A stretch of DNA of 64,000 nucleotides from assembly GCA_051362555.1 (NCBI GenBank), contig CM120640.1, positions 65,388,788-65,452,787 on the forward strand, given 5' to 3'. Under the pieces are notes generated by a model. That model was not told the DNA's origin and made no database searches. It worked only from the letters and a program-made list of their open reading frames with translations. The DNA is from Lingula anatina (taxonomy: Eukaryota; Animalia; Brachiopoda). A program made the translations under genes and the position numbers. How positions within the stretch are numbered: the stretch's first letter is position 1; each line of letters opens with the position of its first letter. Shown one piece after another: positions 12,376-26,032 of this stretch.

Positions 12376-15300
12376 ACGTAGTACTCATGGGAGGGCGATC
12401 TTCTTAGCAGACAACAGGCTATGAAGTGAATCATGACATTTGTGCACCGGTGGCAAATGATAAATGACAAGACGAAAGGGAAGTGTTATTCTGCGGCAGA
12501 TGTTGCAGTGAGATCATAAAAGAAGTTGTCACTTCCTGGATGCCAGCTATTTACTTTGTTAATGCTGTCTACAATATGCAAGTCGGATTATGATATTGGG
12601 AGTGCACATTTAAGAAGACTAGTTTGTGGGGAGTTATAATGCGTACTTGGTTGCCAAGATAAAAACAACTGAATTCAACAATAAATGTACACTTAATGAG
12701 ATTCATGAGATCCATATTTATGCGCCAGGTCTGGTTATTTTACCCTCCGAGGGAAAATAGATAGTGATGTCACTTTGTACTTATTGATCGTCTGCGCCTA
12801 GTCTCAAACGGTATTTTCTAGATCATTTTTATAATCAGACACAGCTCAAAGCTTCCAGCTCAAAGCTCGACGAAATCCATACGATATTATCTAGTGGGTC
12901 TTGGGTCGTGTGCCCTCCTGCCAAACGTGTCAACTACACTTACGGTATCAAAGGCATAGGATGGAGACAAGAAAACTTACGAATATGAAAGGATTCCATT
13001 TAAAAAAATATTGACCCACACTGTTTTTTAACTTTGATATTTGGGCAAGGCTATGGACCAGGGGCGATACCGTAGTGTGTTTAAAATCATTACTGGATTT
13101 ATGCGTATTATATTATACGGTCATCAGCTTGATTTATTATCATCGCTGCCTTCTCTCTATAGCATCGTGAGATATTTAAAAAAAACCAGCCAGGGAGACA
13201 CAACTGACTTCCATCAGACGATGATGAATTCAAATTGGGATCTTTTCAATATGCAAACAGTTACTGAAAGTGTGCATCGAAGCCAAATGTAAAACCGTAT
13301 ATTTATGTCTATCGTCTTCCTGTTTGCTGTGGCTATGTTTATTGCCACATTTTGCCAAATTCTTTTACATTGTTATGTACATGTAGCTTGATATTTAACC
13401 GGAATACAAAATGAGGAAAAGTGGCACATTTTTGTTATCTGAATAGCGTCCGAAATAGTACATATTGAATAATTTTCAATATAGCAGGGATGCATTATTC
13501 GCCAAAAATGCGATATTACCGTCGTTTTGTTTTCGATTCAGTGTTTCATTTTGGCGTTGAATTTGAAATTGAACTCGTTTACTTAGATTGTTTTAGGCTG
13601 TGGAATTTGTACTTTCATTTTGTGCATAATGTCCTGGTAAGTGCTTTATATTCCGCTATAATGGTGGCTTTTTAATCAAATGTGAAACTAATGAACTGCG
13701 ACTGAATCCTTTCGACTGTATTGAAGGGTTACATCGTGTTTTGTTTCTTGTTAGCCCTGTCACTGTATTCGAGTAATATAAGGCTGTTTCAGAGACTGCT
13801 GCTAATATTTTTTCTCCGGATTGATTGAGGAAGCAATGAAATAAGCCCCACTGCATAGGTTATGAATTTAAAGAAGGTCTATAAGTGGATAAAAGTTGCT
13901 ATAAAAGGTCGGCCCTGGTGTTGCCATCTATCTACAAATTAGATAAAACTCATTGGATATTTAGTCTAATTCCGCGGGCCAACTGATGTGTGATTGGTCA
14001 CAGAAGTACAGATCGGCAGTCGTAATACATGACAGATATAGCTCGCCAAAACTAGTACAAATTTTGTACACCATTTTAGTGTAGTTGCCACTACCGTAGG
14101 ACCAATAGTCGGGCACTGCAATGCTCTTTCAGGTAAAGTTTTTTTTTTCTTTAACAGAAATACACCCCCTATGGGAAGAGAAGTAAAATAAACGGACCAC
14201 GAGCATTTTCCTCTCAAAATCATACAGAAGTGAATTTTTGATAAAAGGATCAACCATCACCCTGACTGTCTCAAGAGCACCAGTAGCTCAAGCGCTGCCC
14301 GGTGTGGTGAACCTCAGCTGTGTTGTCAATGACAGTGCTTTTGGCGGCACGTGCTGCAGTTGCAAAAACACAGGTCTGTCATGGACGGACTGCGTATACT
14401 GACTACTAACATTTTAAAGTTTATGAATTTTCTGCCAGTAATTTTATATTAATTTTCATATTCTTTCTGAAGATAATTTAAATTTAAGAGGCCTATATTT
14501 TCAACTTTTAATTAATGAAGTTAACAATATTGATCCAATCTATATATTGTACTCCCTTCAGCCAATTGGTTACTTTCTTTTGCTGTAAGATAATTCAAGT
14601 ATAAAATTGAAACTCAGGGCAACCTTGAGAAAAAACATTCCCACTAGCTCTCATCAGTCCTCCGGGCGATGGTCCGCTGTTTTGAGAAACCTAGACTATG
14701 ATAAACAGTAATCTATATGACGACGCATTAATGATAAGGCCTGCTTGGGAATAAAAATCATTGAAAATTTGAGTTTTTCAGCCGGGTTTCTCAGTGAACA
14801 AAATAAGAGCACAGAATTCAACATATCGGCGAGTACGGAACATCAACTGTTGACTCAACCATCGCTCCTAACACAATACCTTCGTACACACTGAACAGTT
14901 TTAAAGCTTTCTTGCCATTGTCTGATATGATCGGATATGGCCACTTTACAAGATTATGTGATCATTTTTTACCTCATTGGAACTTTTTCATAAATGAACG
15001 AGGGACCAACTTCTGATTAAATCTCATACAGTCGCCACTGTAACATTTTGTACAATAAATACGATTAAAATGCATTTATATGTAATCACGAAACTTAATT
15101 AAATATTGATATGGAATTTGCCTATAAAGACAATGGGGCCTGCGCACTAGTAATTCATTGGTAACAAAGAAGCCAAAATAAACCCTAATTTTAGTCGACA
15201 CACTTCACTGAGATTGGAACAATGGAAGGAGCAGCAGTGTTGGCATTTTCATTTGGACTCAATATTCTTTAGTCCTAGACTTGGAGGAGAGTAAATTCTA

Positions 15301-16009
15301 TTATTTGCAGAATCTCCAAATAAATGTTTTTTTTTTTTAACCTCTAAGGCATTATACCAGTAGGTCTAAATACATGTAGCCTACGTCCACACAAATATAG
15401 GCCCAAGGCTATTTCTCTAAAAAAGGTAAAAGATAAATAAATAAAATAAGACATAAAACATGAATAAAAAAAGTACATAAATAATAACATAGTTATGGGT
15501 TTGAAAAGAATGTGTTTAGTAGGATGTATTTAAGGCTTCTCTTGTGTATTTATAATGTGCAAGCTCACCATATCGTGGTCTGTTAGAGCTACAAAAATGA
15601 AGCATCAGCTCATTTTATTCTACAACTTCAGAACGAAAACTTTTAATTCAGTTTCAAACTCAAGTAGGTCTATTTTAACACATTTTTCATCTTTCTGGCC
15701 ACTAAGACAAAATTCAAAGGAAGTAAACCGAGTAAACGGTAGGGGACTATTATTTATTCATTGCATTTTCACTTCGAACGGACAAATTTGTCTACTGGAG
15801 TAGGCCTACATGCATTTTACAGGAAGTAATTTTTTTTACTGTAGTCTAGCCTTTAAAAGATGAAATTTGGTTGCACATCATAGTGTCTCATAAAACCGGG
15901 GGTAATTCCTGTATTGAATTTACAATGCAAATGTATTGTCGTAGAAATTTTCACTGTTTGTAGAATATCGTAGGTCTAAGTCATAAAAACTGCCAAATTA
16001 TTTTCACGG

Positions 16010-16078
16010 GGTAAACGAGATAATACGAGATCTCAAAATGGCTGCTCAGGCAGTACGCGAGGAAGCGTGAAGGAAAAG
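16010..16078 (+). promoter_or_regulatory. Probable DNAJC14 promoter / non-coding first exon with YY1-like motif and 10-codon uORF
   Basis: CpG-containing patch. CAAAATGGCTGC (YY1-like) overlaps ATG 16038, which runs to TGA 16070 (MAAQAVREEA*). Donor AAG|GTAAAT at 16078/16079 can join the acceptor at 16673 just before the main ATG. Confidence 0.55.
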
Positions 16079-16677
16079 GTAAATCTCATATTTTGACGGT
16101 TGTATTCTTTTGTTTTTTTAAGTTAAGAAAGAAAATATACAATGGTGAATGTTTGTTTGAAAATATGTTCACTAAAAAGTGGACATGCTTATCTAGACCA
16201 ACACCAGACGCTGCATTGCCGATAAAGTCGAAAGTTGAACAACTTGTCTACGACAAGTTCGTAAAGTTGGTCCCAAGTGGATAAGTTGATTTTATTAGAA
16301 GATAACACTTTTATGTCTATTTTATGCCTTGCTGTAGTTTGCAGTGAACATAAAAATATTACTGAGAAGAGTGTCATGTTTGAAAATAAAAATTCTGAAA
16401 AATACGTCAGCTATCATATTTTCTGTATAGTTAATGAAATGATAATAAATGTTTTACTATATATATAAATGTGTGCATGAGAAACTTATTAACTTATGAG
16501 AGATATCCATCTAGTTGTCAACAGCTAACAGTAACCACAAGGCACATTTAAACCATTGTGACGGCATCTGAATATTATTGGTTTCATATACTGTTGTGGT
16601 AATTGTTGCTAGTCCTGTGTGGAAATACAGATTAAGTGTTATATAATATTGTGATATCTGTTAGTATTTTCAGAGTG

Positions 16678-19600
16678 ATGGATCACAAGCCAGGTGATCG
16701 AAGGAGGGCCAACACATTCCCTGTGCCCACTGAATCTGAACCTGTACCCACAGTGCCAGGATTTGAAGAAATTTTGAAAGAACTTGCCAGAAATGGTCCA
16801 AATTATGACTTTAGTGCTCCATGCAATACCCCAGCTAACCCCCAGGAAGGTTTGCCTGAGAATTATCAGTCCTGGTCCACAGTGACTGATGACAGCCCGA
16901 GGGGGAACTTTGGTTTTACTGCCAGTGGTGGGCTGGATTGGGACTTTCTTTCTCAAAATGACAGTTTTAATCAAGCTGCCAACACTGCTTCTCCTTCCAA
17001 TTTCGCAAGCTATGAGGACTTTTTGGCTTCTCTAAGCCAAACCAGCCACAGTGAGGCCATGCCAGAGGTATCCAGTGACCAAGGTTTCTATGGTTTCTAT
17101 GGCACATTAGATGGCTTGGGCTCAGGAACAGATTTCTTGCCTGATGCGGTGCAGGAGGGCAGAGACTTGTACGCTAGTGCCTTGCATCAATGGAATGCTA
17201 CTGCTGCTGCAACATCACAACAACCTAGGAGTACATATGACCCATTTGGTACCTCACCCATCCTAGGCAGTGATGGTTTAGGCAGGATGTCCCCGGTGGC
17301 CTCTGCAGGCTCTCCAACTCACTCCAGTACAAAACCTACCTATTCTGATGTGGCCAAAAACAAAGCACCAGGGCCAGCACCGCTAAAACATCGGCGTAGT
17401 GAACCAGTCATGACACCAGCCAGAGACACAGAGCCCTCAGTGCCTCCTCCAGGGTTCAGACGGGCCAAGCCACGCCCTTTCTTCCCTACCACCAAATTTA
17501 AAGTAGGGTCAGTTGATAACAAAAGTGCTCCCAGCCCTGACTCTAAGTATGGCCTAGACAGCTTTCAGGTGCCCCCATCCCTGGTGAAGGAGGTGGCCAC
17601 TGATAGTGTGTCTAGCAGTCGTAAAGGGAGCAGCAGCAGCCAGGCCAGCACAACCAGTGGCTTGGATGATATCACCCTGGGGAAACCGTTTCAGAATGGG
17701 AGGACTGACACAGGCACTAAGGAAGATCAGAGGGATACAGGGGGCAAGAGTAAGAGACCAGCTGGTAAAGATAAGAAAGAAGAAAGACAGGGTCGTGGTA
17801 AACAGAACTCCTCGGTGTCTGTTAATTCCATTGATAAAGAGGAGACTCTCCTCAACAATAGGGCTTCCACTACACCTTCAACAGGTCATGGACCTAAGAC
17901 AAGTTCTACTTATATAAATAATGATCTGCGCAACTGGTCAGATTCCAAGAAGCAGAAGAATGCATCCACCAGCTACAACGAGACTGAGTCTTCCTCTCCT
18001 AGTGAGACTACTCGCACTGGTGGGGGGTCTAGGAAAAGTGGGACAAGCTCAAAAAATAATGTTAACAATGAAAATACTGGTCGTAAAAATAGAAAGCAGA
18101 AGAAGGAGCACAATCCTATAGGTGAGAATGATTTTAACATTAGCAGATGTGTGAAAACATATTTTTTTATTTAAATGTAGTAAATTTGAACCAAATGCTA
18201 AACACTTTATAATTTGGTTATGGAAAATTATAGAATATTTTGTTATCGTTATCTACATTTGAGTATTTTCTTTGAATCAGTTCTTGACAGGTAGGTATAG
18301 TGTTTTGCGTTTACTGATTTAATGTTCTAGTTGCCATTATGTGGAACCAAAACTCTATTATTTTTTATAGCTCTTTTTTAGATGAATTATCATGTTTAGG
18401 TAGATATGTGATTAGTTAATATAAACTCTGTAGGAGCATCCTGTAAACATGTTTTCCTGCATCAGGCTAGGACACTGCACAGTGATCATAAGTATTTTCA
18501 TATCTGGTAATTAGTAGCTAATTGAGGAAGAGGAAGAGGAAGACCAAAGCTGTGTCACATGGAGTTGGTTTATTTTCACTTGATTAGACTAATATCACGT
18601 AATAGCTGAATAGTACACTTACAAGTTTGAAGATACTTAAGACATCAATATCTGAAATAAATATGTGTGTATATGTATGTTTGGTTTTAAATTGGAGTGC
18701 CTTCTTTGATAAGGAACATGAGCACAATTTTTAGTCTCTCCTGGCTTTAAGTGCATTTCCAGGAGAAATATATTATATATATGATGTCTTTTCATATGGG
18801 ATTTACTTAGGGGACATGTCCTATGGACAGTTACAGTGTTTTGTACCTTCCCTTTTAACTTTCTAGGTCATATTTACTGATCGTTTTATTTTGATATGAA
18901 TACTAGGCAAAAGATGTTAAAGTTTCTTCTCTGTTGATATGAAATCCTCTGTGTCTAGTTGCATCATGGGGCAGACAGGGAGGTATGGACAGATAAAGGG
19001 TGCGCGGAAAAAAGGCCTATTTTTCTCTATTCATTATTACCACTATAGAGAGTACTAGGAATTTAACACTGCCAAGGTAGATGGGGAGGAAGTTGGGCTT
19101 GGATACCCTGCAGCGGGCTGGGTAAATGAGGACGCACACACTATTAACACATATTTGCCTGCTGTAGGAGGTTATATCAGTGTATATCAGAGGTTGATAA
19201 AGAGTTCTACAAAACGACTGATGTCCCACATCTTTAAGGCTGCTGGTGCAGGTGTTATGGTTAATTTGCAGGATTGTTCCTATAGCAGTGAGGCAACATG
19301 TCAGATGTTAAATACTTGGATGGATATCTGTAGGATTTGTATAGCTTTTCATTGTTTGCAAATTTGTGTTGAAATCATTTGTGTAGTATTAAGTAAGTAT
19401 TAAAATGATACTTTGATATTGGATTCATAGTTGTTAAAGAAAGTTTTTAAAAAATCGCTACCATATTAAAATGTTTGAAGATGATAAATGCCTTCAGGTG
19501 CATAGCTAGGCTAAAATTCCCTACTTTTTGTATTGAGTTTTTAACTTGGCAGCTGTGGAGGTGGGGGGGGGGGGGGGGGGGGGGAGGGTTGGGGAGTTGG

Positions 19601-22600
19601 TTGGCCCCCTTTGCTTATGGCTGTAATGCAAGAACATTTATACAGTAATCTACTATTGAGCAGGACAAGAAAAAGTCACTTCTTGTTTAAAATGGGTCTC
19701 TTGGCATTAATCATATACATTCCTTTATATTTCTATCAAAAAAAAAAAAAAATTTTTTTTGTATTTATGCATGTATGCTCACTGGTTATGAGTGTACATG
19801 TAGCTCCACCCCTGGCCTGTGTTGTTTGACTGGTAGCCTTGTCCATGCCCCATAATAATTTTGGTTATAAGTGACTTTGTGAGGCCTGTTAGATGAGGAT
19901 GATAACATGGTTTTTCTTTTGCTATAGATAGAGAAGGATTTCAGTTACCTTCTAGATGGGGCTGATAACATGATGCCTTTAGCTGTAGATAGAGAAGGAT
20001 TTCAGTATATGCCGATTTTGAAAACCATTTTTTTTTTCAGTAAGTGAACCTTTTATAGATTATTAGTTGTGATGTGGTCATGTTTGAGAGATAATTAGGA
20101 GATATATCTTTTCTTTTGAATTAGCACATGTATATGCTAAAATGTTAAAAGGATGTGCTTTTTTGGGTAGTTGATGAACCTAATAAGTATTTGACCTACT
20201 TGGAAATATTCAGCATTATAATATCCTTATTTAGGCATTGTTATTTGTTGCATGTTGATATTCAGGATCCTTAAATAATACAAAATGAGAAATCCAGTAT
20301 AAGCATAAACTATGCTTGTTTTCTTTGTAAGTCTACTAATGTCTATGGTGTCTTCATATGGCCGCCTTCAGCATCAGTTCTTAAATTTGCCAGTTTCTTC
20401 ATTTTTCACATTTCCATGCACATTTATCAGACTCTGACTCTTGTTCTTTTGTTTTAATATAATTGAAATCTCCCAGATTGTGTTTGTATACATCTGACCA
20501 GTTTACTGAGCCCTAGGTGGTATCTGGAAATATCTATGTGTATGTGTATCTCACAACCATGAATATGGCTTGTGGTCTTGTTGCTGTGGTGACAAAGGGT
20601 TTGATGGACAGGTTCCGATATGGTAAACATTAGAGGTTTGAGCAGATTGAATATCCTGATAATTATCAAATTTGCCTAAGAAAGTCTGAAGTACAGGGTT
20701 TATATCTGTGGTAAATTATTATATTTGAGGGGACTGGCTGGGGAAAGGTTGTGATCTATGAAATGTTATTTTTCAAGTGACTGGCTGGGGAAAGGTTGTG
20801 ATCTGTGGAAAGTATGAGGTGTTATATTTCAGGTAACTGGCTAAGTAAAGATTGTGATCTATGCTATGTTATATTTCAGGTGACTGGCCAGGGAAAGGTA
20901 GTGATCTGTGCTATGTTATATTTCAGGTGATTGGCCAGGGAAAGGTTGTGATCTGTGGTGTGTTATATATTTCAGGTGACTGGCTAGGCAAAGGTTTTGA
21001 GCTTGGGAAATGGGCTGTGACAGAAGCCTTGCTTTGGGTGCTGGTTGCCCTCATGGTGCTATTTAGACTGGTCTGGCTCATGTAAGTATCGCCTCTACAA
21101 ATACTTAGTTTTACTACAACTTCTACATATTAAAAAAAAATTGTTTTCCATAATTTGGAACGTGATAAGTTCACCAATATGATGTTGGATGAAGGAGGAT
21201 AGACATGGTAATCAAATAGAATATTTTCAAAATACACAAATCTTAATGATTTAATTTCAGAGTTAGTAATGTCTCATTCTACGTGTCAGTTGTCTATACT
21301 TGCATTTGGACATTTGTGACAAATAAAGTAAAGAAACGTTGGAAATGGTGGGGCCGAGGGCAGGATGGAACATCACAGTCCCATACACACATTGGCCTGG
21401 AAGAAAACATACAGCTGCCAACCACAGGTGAGCTATTTATGTACACCTGGAGGTTATACTGCCTTCAGGAGGATGGTTATTTTCAGTTCAGTATCTCTTA
21501 GTATAGATCATTATGGTTTTCATATTTAGGCTGATAATTTAAGAAAAGGCTGTGTACTAACAAAATGGCAAATATTTTAACTTAATTTACATGTTTCCAT
21601 TTTATACTCAGCATTGACCAAGTGCCTGCAAAATATTGGCAGTGTTGGAAAGGGGAGGGGGTTGTGTTCAAACAGACATGGGTGTCACTTGTTAAGTAGC
21701 AACAAGTGAACTTATTGATGCAATCCGATTGCCTAATAATGTGATAGAGGTTTGAAAGCTCATTAGTAAGTGCAGTAAAATTAGGATTTGAAAGAAAATA
21801 AACCATAGCAAACCAGTGTAGGACAATAACCCACAACCTACCCTAATCGTCACTCTGACCAAAACCTTTGCTCACATTCCACACAGAATGCAGATAAGCC
21901 ACATCCTAATGCAGTTTTCTTCTGGCAAATGTTTAAGCAGACCTACATGTCAAGTTTGACTTATTCTTTTGGTTATCATTTTCATGCATACCACTCCCAT
22001 TTGCCCAACTTGGTCAGTATAAAAAAATGAATAAATAGATATAAAATAAATAAATAATGATTAAATTAATAAAAGTAGTAATAAGTTTTGCACACTGTTC
22101 AATATAGCTTTCATGTGTGGTTTTATGTCTCTAATGATGTGATTGTGGGAAATGAAATTTCAGGTGAAGAAGCAATGAAAAGACTTTTAGCTTGCAAAGG
22201 GAAGGATCCATACAGGTAAACAATTTTAGCAGTATATTTCTTGTGAAGATTGGTTACACATGGTTGTGTGAGGTGGGACTGTGAATTGGTGAAGTTGTGT
22301 TAATTGCAACAGTAGTAGAACTCAAAGTGTTTTGATTGTAATTGCTATGGATTTATGGAGTTCAGTGAGTTTTTTCTTTGGAGGGATTTTTACTTGCCAA
22401 TTATCTGTTTTAGCATTCACAATAAATTATTCTTCACATTTGCAATTTGCGAGTAGCCAGTATGGAGCATTCTCTCCTCCCCCCCCCCCCCCCCCCAAAA
22501 AAAAAAATGTAAAAAGTAAGTTTGGTGTAGTGTTGTGGATATGTTTTCAAAGAAAGATATTTTATTAGTGTTTTAAGTTAATGCTCTATTTTTTATTAGT

Positions 22601-25120
22601 ATTTTAGGTTTACGCTCAGATGTGTCTGATGATGAAGTGAAAAAATACTACAAACGGCAGGCAATACTAGTTCATCCAGACAAGGTACAGTTTCATTGGA
22701 TTTATACTTAAAACAGTTTACAGTTGCTAATGTGTAGACTATTTTTCAGTTTTATCCCAGTCTTTTTAAATTTGATCTTTGGACTATTTTAAAAAGGAAC
22801 CCAAAACAGCAGGTTAGATTTCTAGTGATTTGTGTTTCTAGTTGAAATATGTCAACTACCAGAAAAAAAAATGGTAAAGATTTATTTATCATGTTTATGA
22901 TGATTAACATTTTATTGAAGTTTTTAGTTTGTTTCAGTTAGAGAAATGGCGTTTTATATTGGAAGAGCTGTCTGATAGCCATGATTTTATTTCAGAACAA
23001 ACAACTAGGTGCAGAGGAAGCTTTCAAGATACTGGGACATGCTTTTGAGATTATAGGAGAACCGGTAAAAAATTTAATTTGGTTAAATAACTATTAAAAG
23101 GTTAATAGATGGATTACAGTCTTGGTTGTATTTTGCATTTGTTGGTGTTTGCCTTTTTTACATTATCATCTTAACATGTAATGGAAACCAAAACCAGTGT
23201 ATAAATTAAGCACTCATACCTGCATCAACACATCAGAACCTGCCTAAAGGAATGCCCTTCCATCCATTCTGAATATCTCTGGTGTCAATAAGATTCTATA
23301 AGCACATTATTTTGGTCATATTTACTAGGAAAGAAGAAAGGCCTACAACGACCAGACTATAAAGTCCAAAGAGATGGAGGCTGCAATGGTAGGGTGTTTA
23401 TACAGGATTTAAGAACTGAAATTGATGACTGTTGCAAGAAGAAATACTATAGAATAACAACAGTGAAAAAAAGAAAAAGGTTTATGACAATAAAAGAACT
23501 AGTACTTTTGTCAGCCAAAATGATTTTTGAACAGAGAATAATCTCAGAAGTAATAATTTATTTAATTTTACAGAAAGAATTCACTGATCTGTTGTCCAAG
23601 TTGCATGAAAAAATGGAAGAGGTGAGTAGAAAATTCTGTAGTAGATGTGTTTCAGTAATTCCAGGATGTAAGTGTCTATAAGGGTTTACTTGAATTTATA
23701 CATGAGCATGGGTTTTTAACAAACAAAAAAAAATCATAATAAATAAATATAAAATAACGGACATTGAACTTACACTTGATATTTGAAATGTGCCCACTTA
23801 AAATGTTCTGTATTATTTCATTAGGCCGCCAATTTGATGCGCTGTGATCACTGCGGAGGCAAGCATCGTCGCTACCCTGTGAACCGTCCGTGGTATAGTG
23901 CTCGTTATTGTGATAGATGCCAGGCACACCACTCTGTCAAAGAGGTAGGTTTGTTACACACCACTCTTTAAAGGAGGAAGACTGACTGCACTCCACTCAG
24001 TGTTAAACACATATTACTGAAGTCGGTTGATTGTGTACCACTTTGATGAGAAAATAAGACTTCAATTTTTAGTATTCAGATTTAACATTATGATGTCCAG
24101 TAACAGTGTGTCTACATTAAATAGTGAATAAGACTTTATGTTTGCAAGATGCTAAAAACTTAAGGACAACAGTGGAAGCATGTCATGAAGTTCTACGAGT
24201 TATAATGCTTGTGTATGTATCAGTTTTACTTAATTTAAAGTGTATGTTGTTCCAGGGTGATGTTTGGGCCGAGACTACCTGGTTAGGATTCAAATGGCAT
24301 TACTATGCATGTATGGAAGGTGCAGTGTACAACATCACAGACTGGGCTGCACACCAGGTATTACTGTGTCCTTTCACTCTACATTCTTGTTATATTGAAA
24401 GCCCCAGATAACAATCTAAATGTGAGACAAATTGTACAATCACAAACTGGCCTATAGGTTATTATTATATGCACTAAACACGGAACATAGATTGAAGAGA
24501 AGGGGGTAGTGTACTATATACAGATAAGGTGGCATCACAGATATTTCTGTTTTGGAATTGTATCTTAATTTTATACCATGGAATGGCATTTTACATTTAC
24601 CAAATACCAAACTAAGTTTGTGTGTATGTTCCCTATCCAACACATCTTGTACTGTGAAGTTTCATCTTTTCAGATGGACCACTTTAAACACATTCAGGCT
24701 AATGCTCATCACGTGTTCTACAAACTGCAGACTGGTGCCAACAGACAGCAGACGGCCTCTGCGGGGAATACAGGGTAATATAATTATCTATCATGTAATG
24801 TATGGTTTGCATAAAAAATGAATCACATGAAAGTAGAAAGAAAATGAAAGAAAGCTATTTTAGCTGATACCTTATTTGATAAAATGTCAAGAATCTTGGT
24901 ATATGATGTCTTGGATACACATCACTGCAGGCAGCCAGAACTTCTAATATACATGTTTTACTTCAGAGAAGCTGAATTGGAGGACTTCTTGAACCATTTG
25001 TTTCACAAGACTAGTGGTGGCCGGGATGTTCCCAAGCCAAGTGGCAGTCAGAACAGCAACCAGGCACAGCAACCGGATGTGAACACTTACAAGAAGAAAA
25101 AACGCAAGAGAAAGCACTAA
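16678..25120 (+). CDS. DNAJC14: DnaJ homolog subfamily C member 14 (J domain + Jiv90 zinc-binding domain)
   Basis: Exons 16678-18121, 20976-21081, 21261-21427, 22164-22215, 22600-22684, 22996-23064, 23329-23388, 23574-23621, 23825-23944, 24256-24357, 24674-24774 and 24967-25120 join in frame. Long low-complexity N-terminus, TM segment, J domain (DPYSILGL..KKYYKRQAILVHPDKN..AEEAFK) and Jiv90 (CDHCGGKH..ARYCDRCQAHH..EGDVWAE..YYACMEGAVYNITDWA). Confidence 0.93.
20715..20995 (+). repeat. ~47-bp minisatellite (6 units) made of the DNAJC14 intron/exon acceptor junction
   Basis: Unit GTTATATTTCAG|GTGACTGGC..GGAAAGGTTGTGATCT.TG at ~20718, 20765, 20821, 20868, 20915 and 20962. The last unit is the start of the coding exon. 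Confidence 0.9.
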
Positions 25121-26032
25121 CTCAACACACCCTAACTACACGGCTTAGCATTGGAAACATTTTTCATTTCCTTCATAAACTGGACACTGCAAACAAGTGA
25201 TTTTTTATGTGCCTCTATTTTTCAAATGCACGCCTAGAAATTATAAAGGTATAACATGAAAATTTAACTTTTGATTGTTACAGCAGATCATGCAACCTCT
25301 GACATAAGTTAGTGCTCATTGGTTTTGAATAGATATCAAGTCAGAAGAGGGGAATATCACAGTTTCTATGCAAGCATACTGTTAATTAGAACATGAAAAA
25401 GATTATTATTATTTTGATCAGTTGAGCCAAGCTGGGGCTCTGTGAAATATCAGAAAGGATAAAGCTGTTGTTTGGAGATCAAAAGTTTGATCCTACTCAA
25501 GGTATATGGTGGACTGCTTGATAACCACGTCTCGAGCCAGAGATGAATTAATGTTGCATATTAAAAGGGCGTAGTGTACTACTCACATTTTTATTTTCAG
25601 GTTGTAATTGGTTCCTTGATTTTAATGAAAACATTCGATTTTATATTCACATTACAAAGTCAACTAATCACAATAATAATCTTGCAAAATCAGTTGAAAT
25701 TTTGTTTACACAATTTTGGTTTGTTTACAAACATTTGTACCGCAGAGACTTTTATAAAATAGTAAACAAGGTACAAAAAATAAGAATCTGTCTCATTTTC
25801 ATCTATCCATGGTGCATTATATGCCATTTTCCTGCTCAACCTGCATCAAATCAGCTGTGACAAGTCCTCCTTGTCCAGCAATCAGCAAAAACTTTAGGGA
25901 CTCTTCTTTGAGAATTGTTTGATCTCTTATAATACAGCATCATTTCAAATGAGAATAGCCTTTTCTTTTGGCGCAATGTACCCATTAAGAACTGCAAATG
26001 TTTTTCTTTTCTTTTTAATGAAGATTCTGATG

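Noticed and set aside
13860-15860. Possible TTAA-flanked transposon between Cpes and DNAJC14
   Set aside because: The sequence looks repeat-like, but the candidate ends match too poorly to define TIRs.
16636-18174. 512-aa single-exon ORF as a stand-alone gene
   Set aside because: It is the large first coding exon of DNAJC14 (acceptor 16673, ATG 16678, donor 18121); both ORF ends are intronic read-through.
18959-19260. Possible extra DNAJC14 exons (VASWGRQG; GGYISVYQRLIKSS..)
   Set aside because: Weak splice signals and not needed, since 18121 joins 20976 in frame. Cannot be supported without RNA data.
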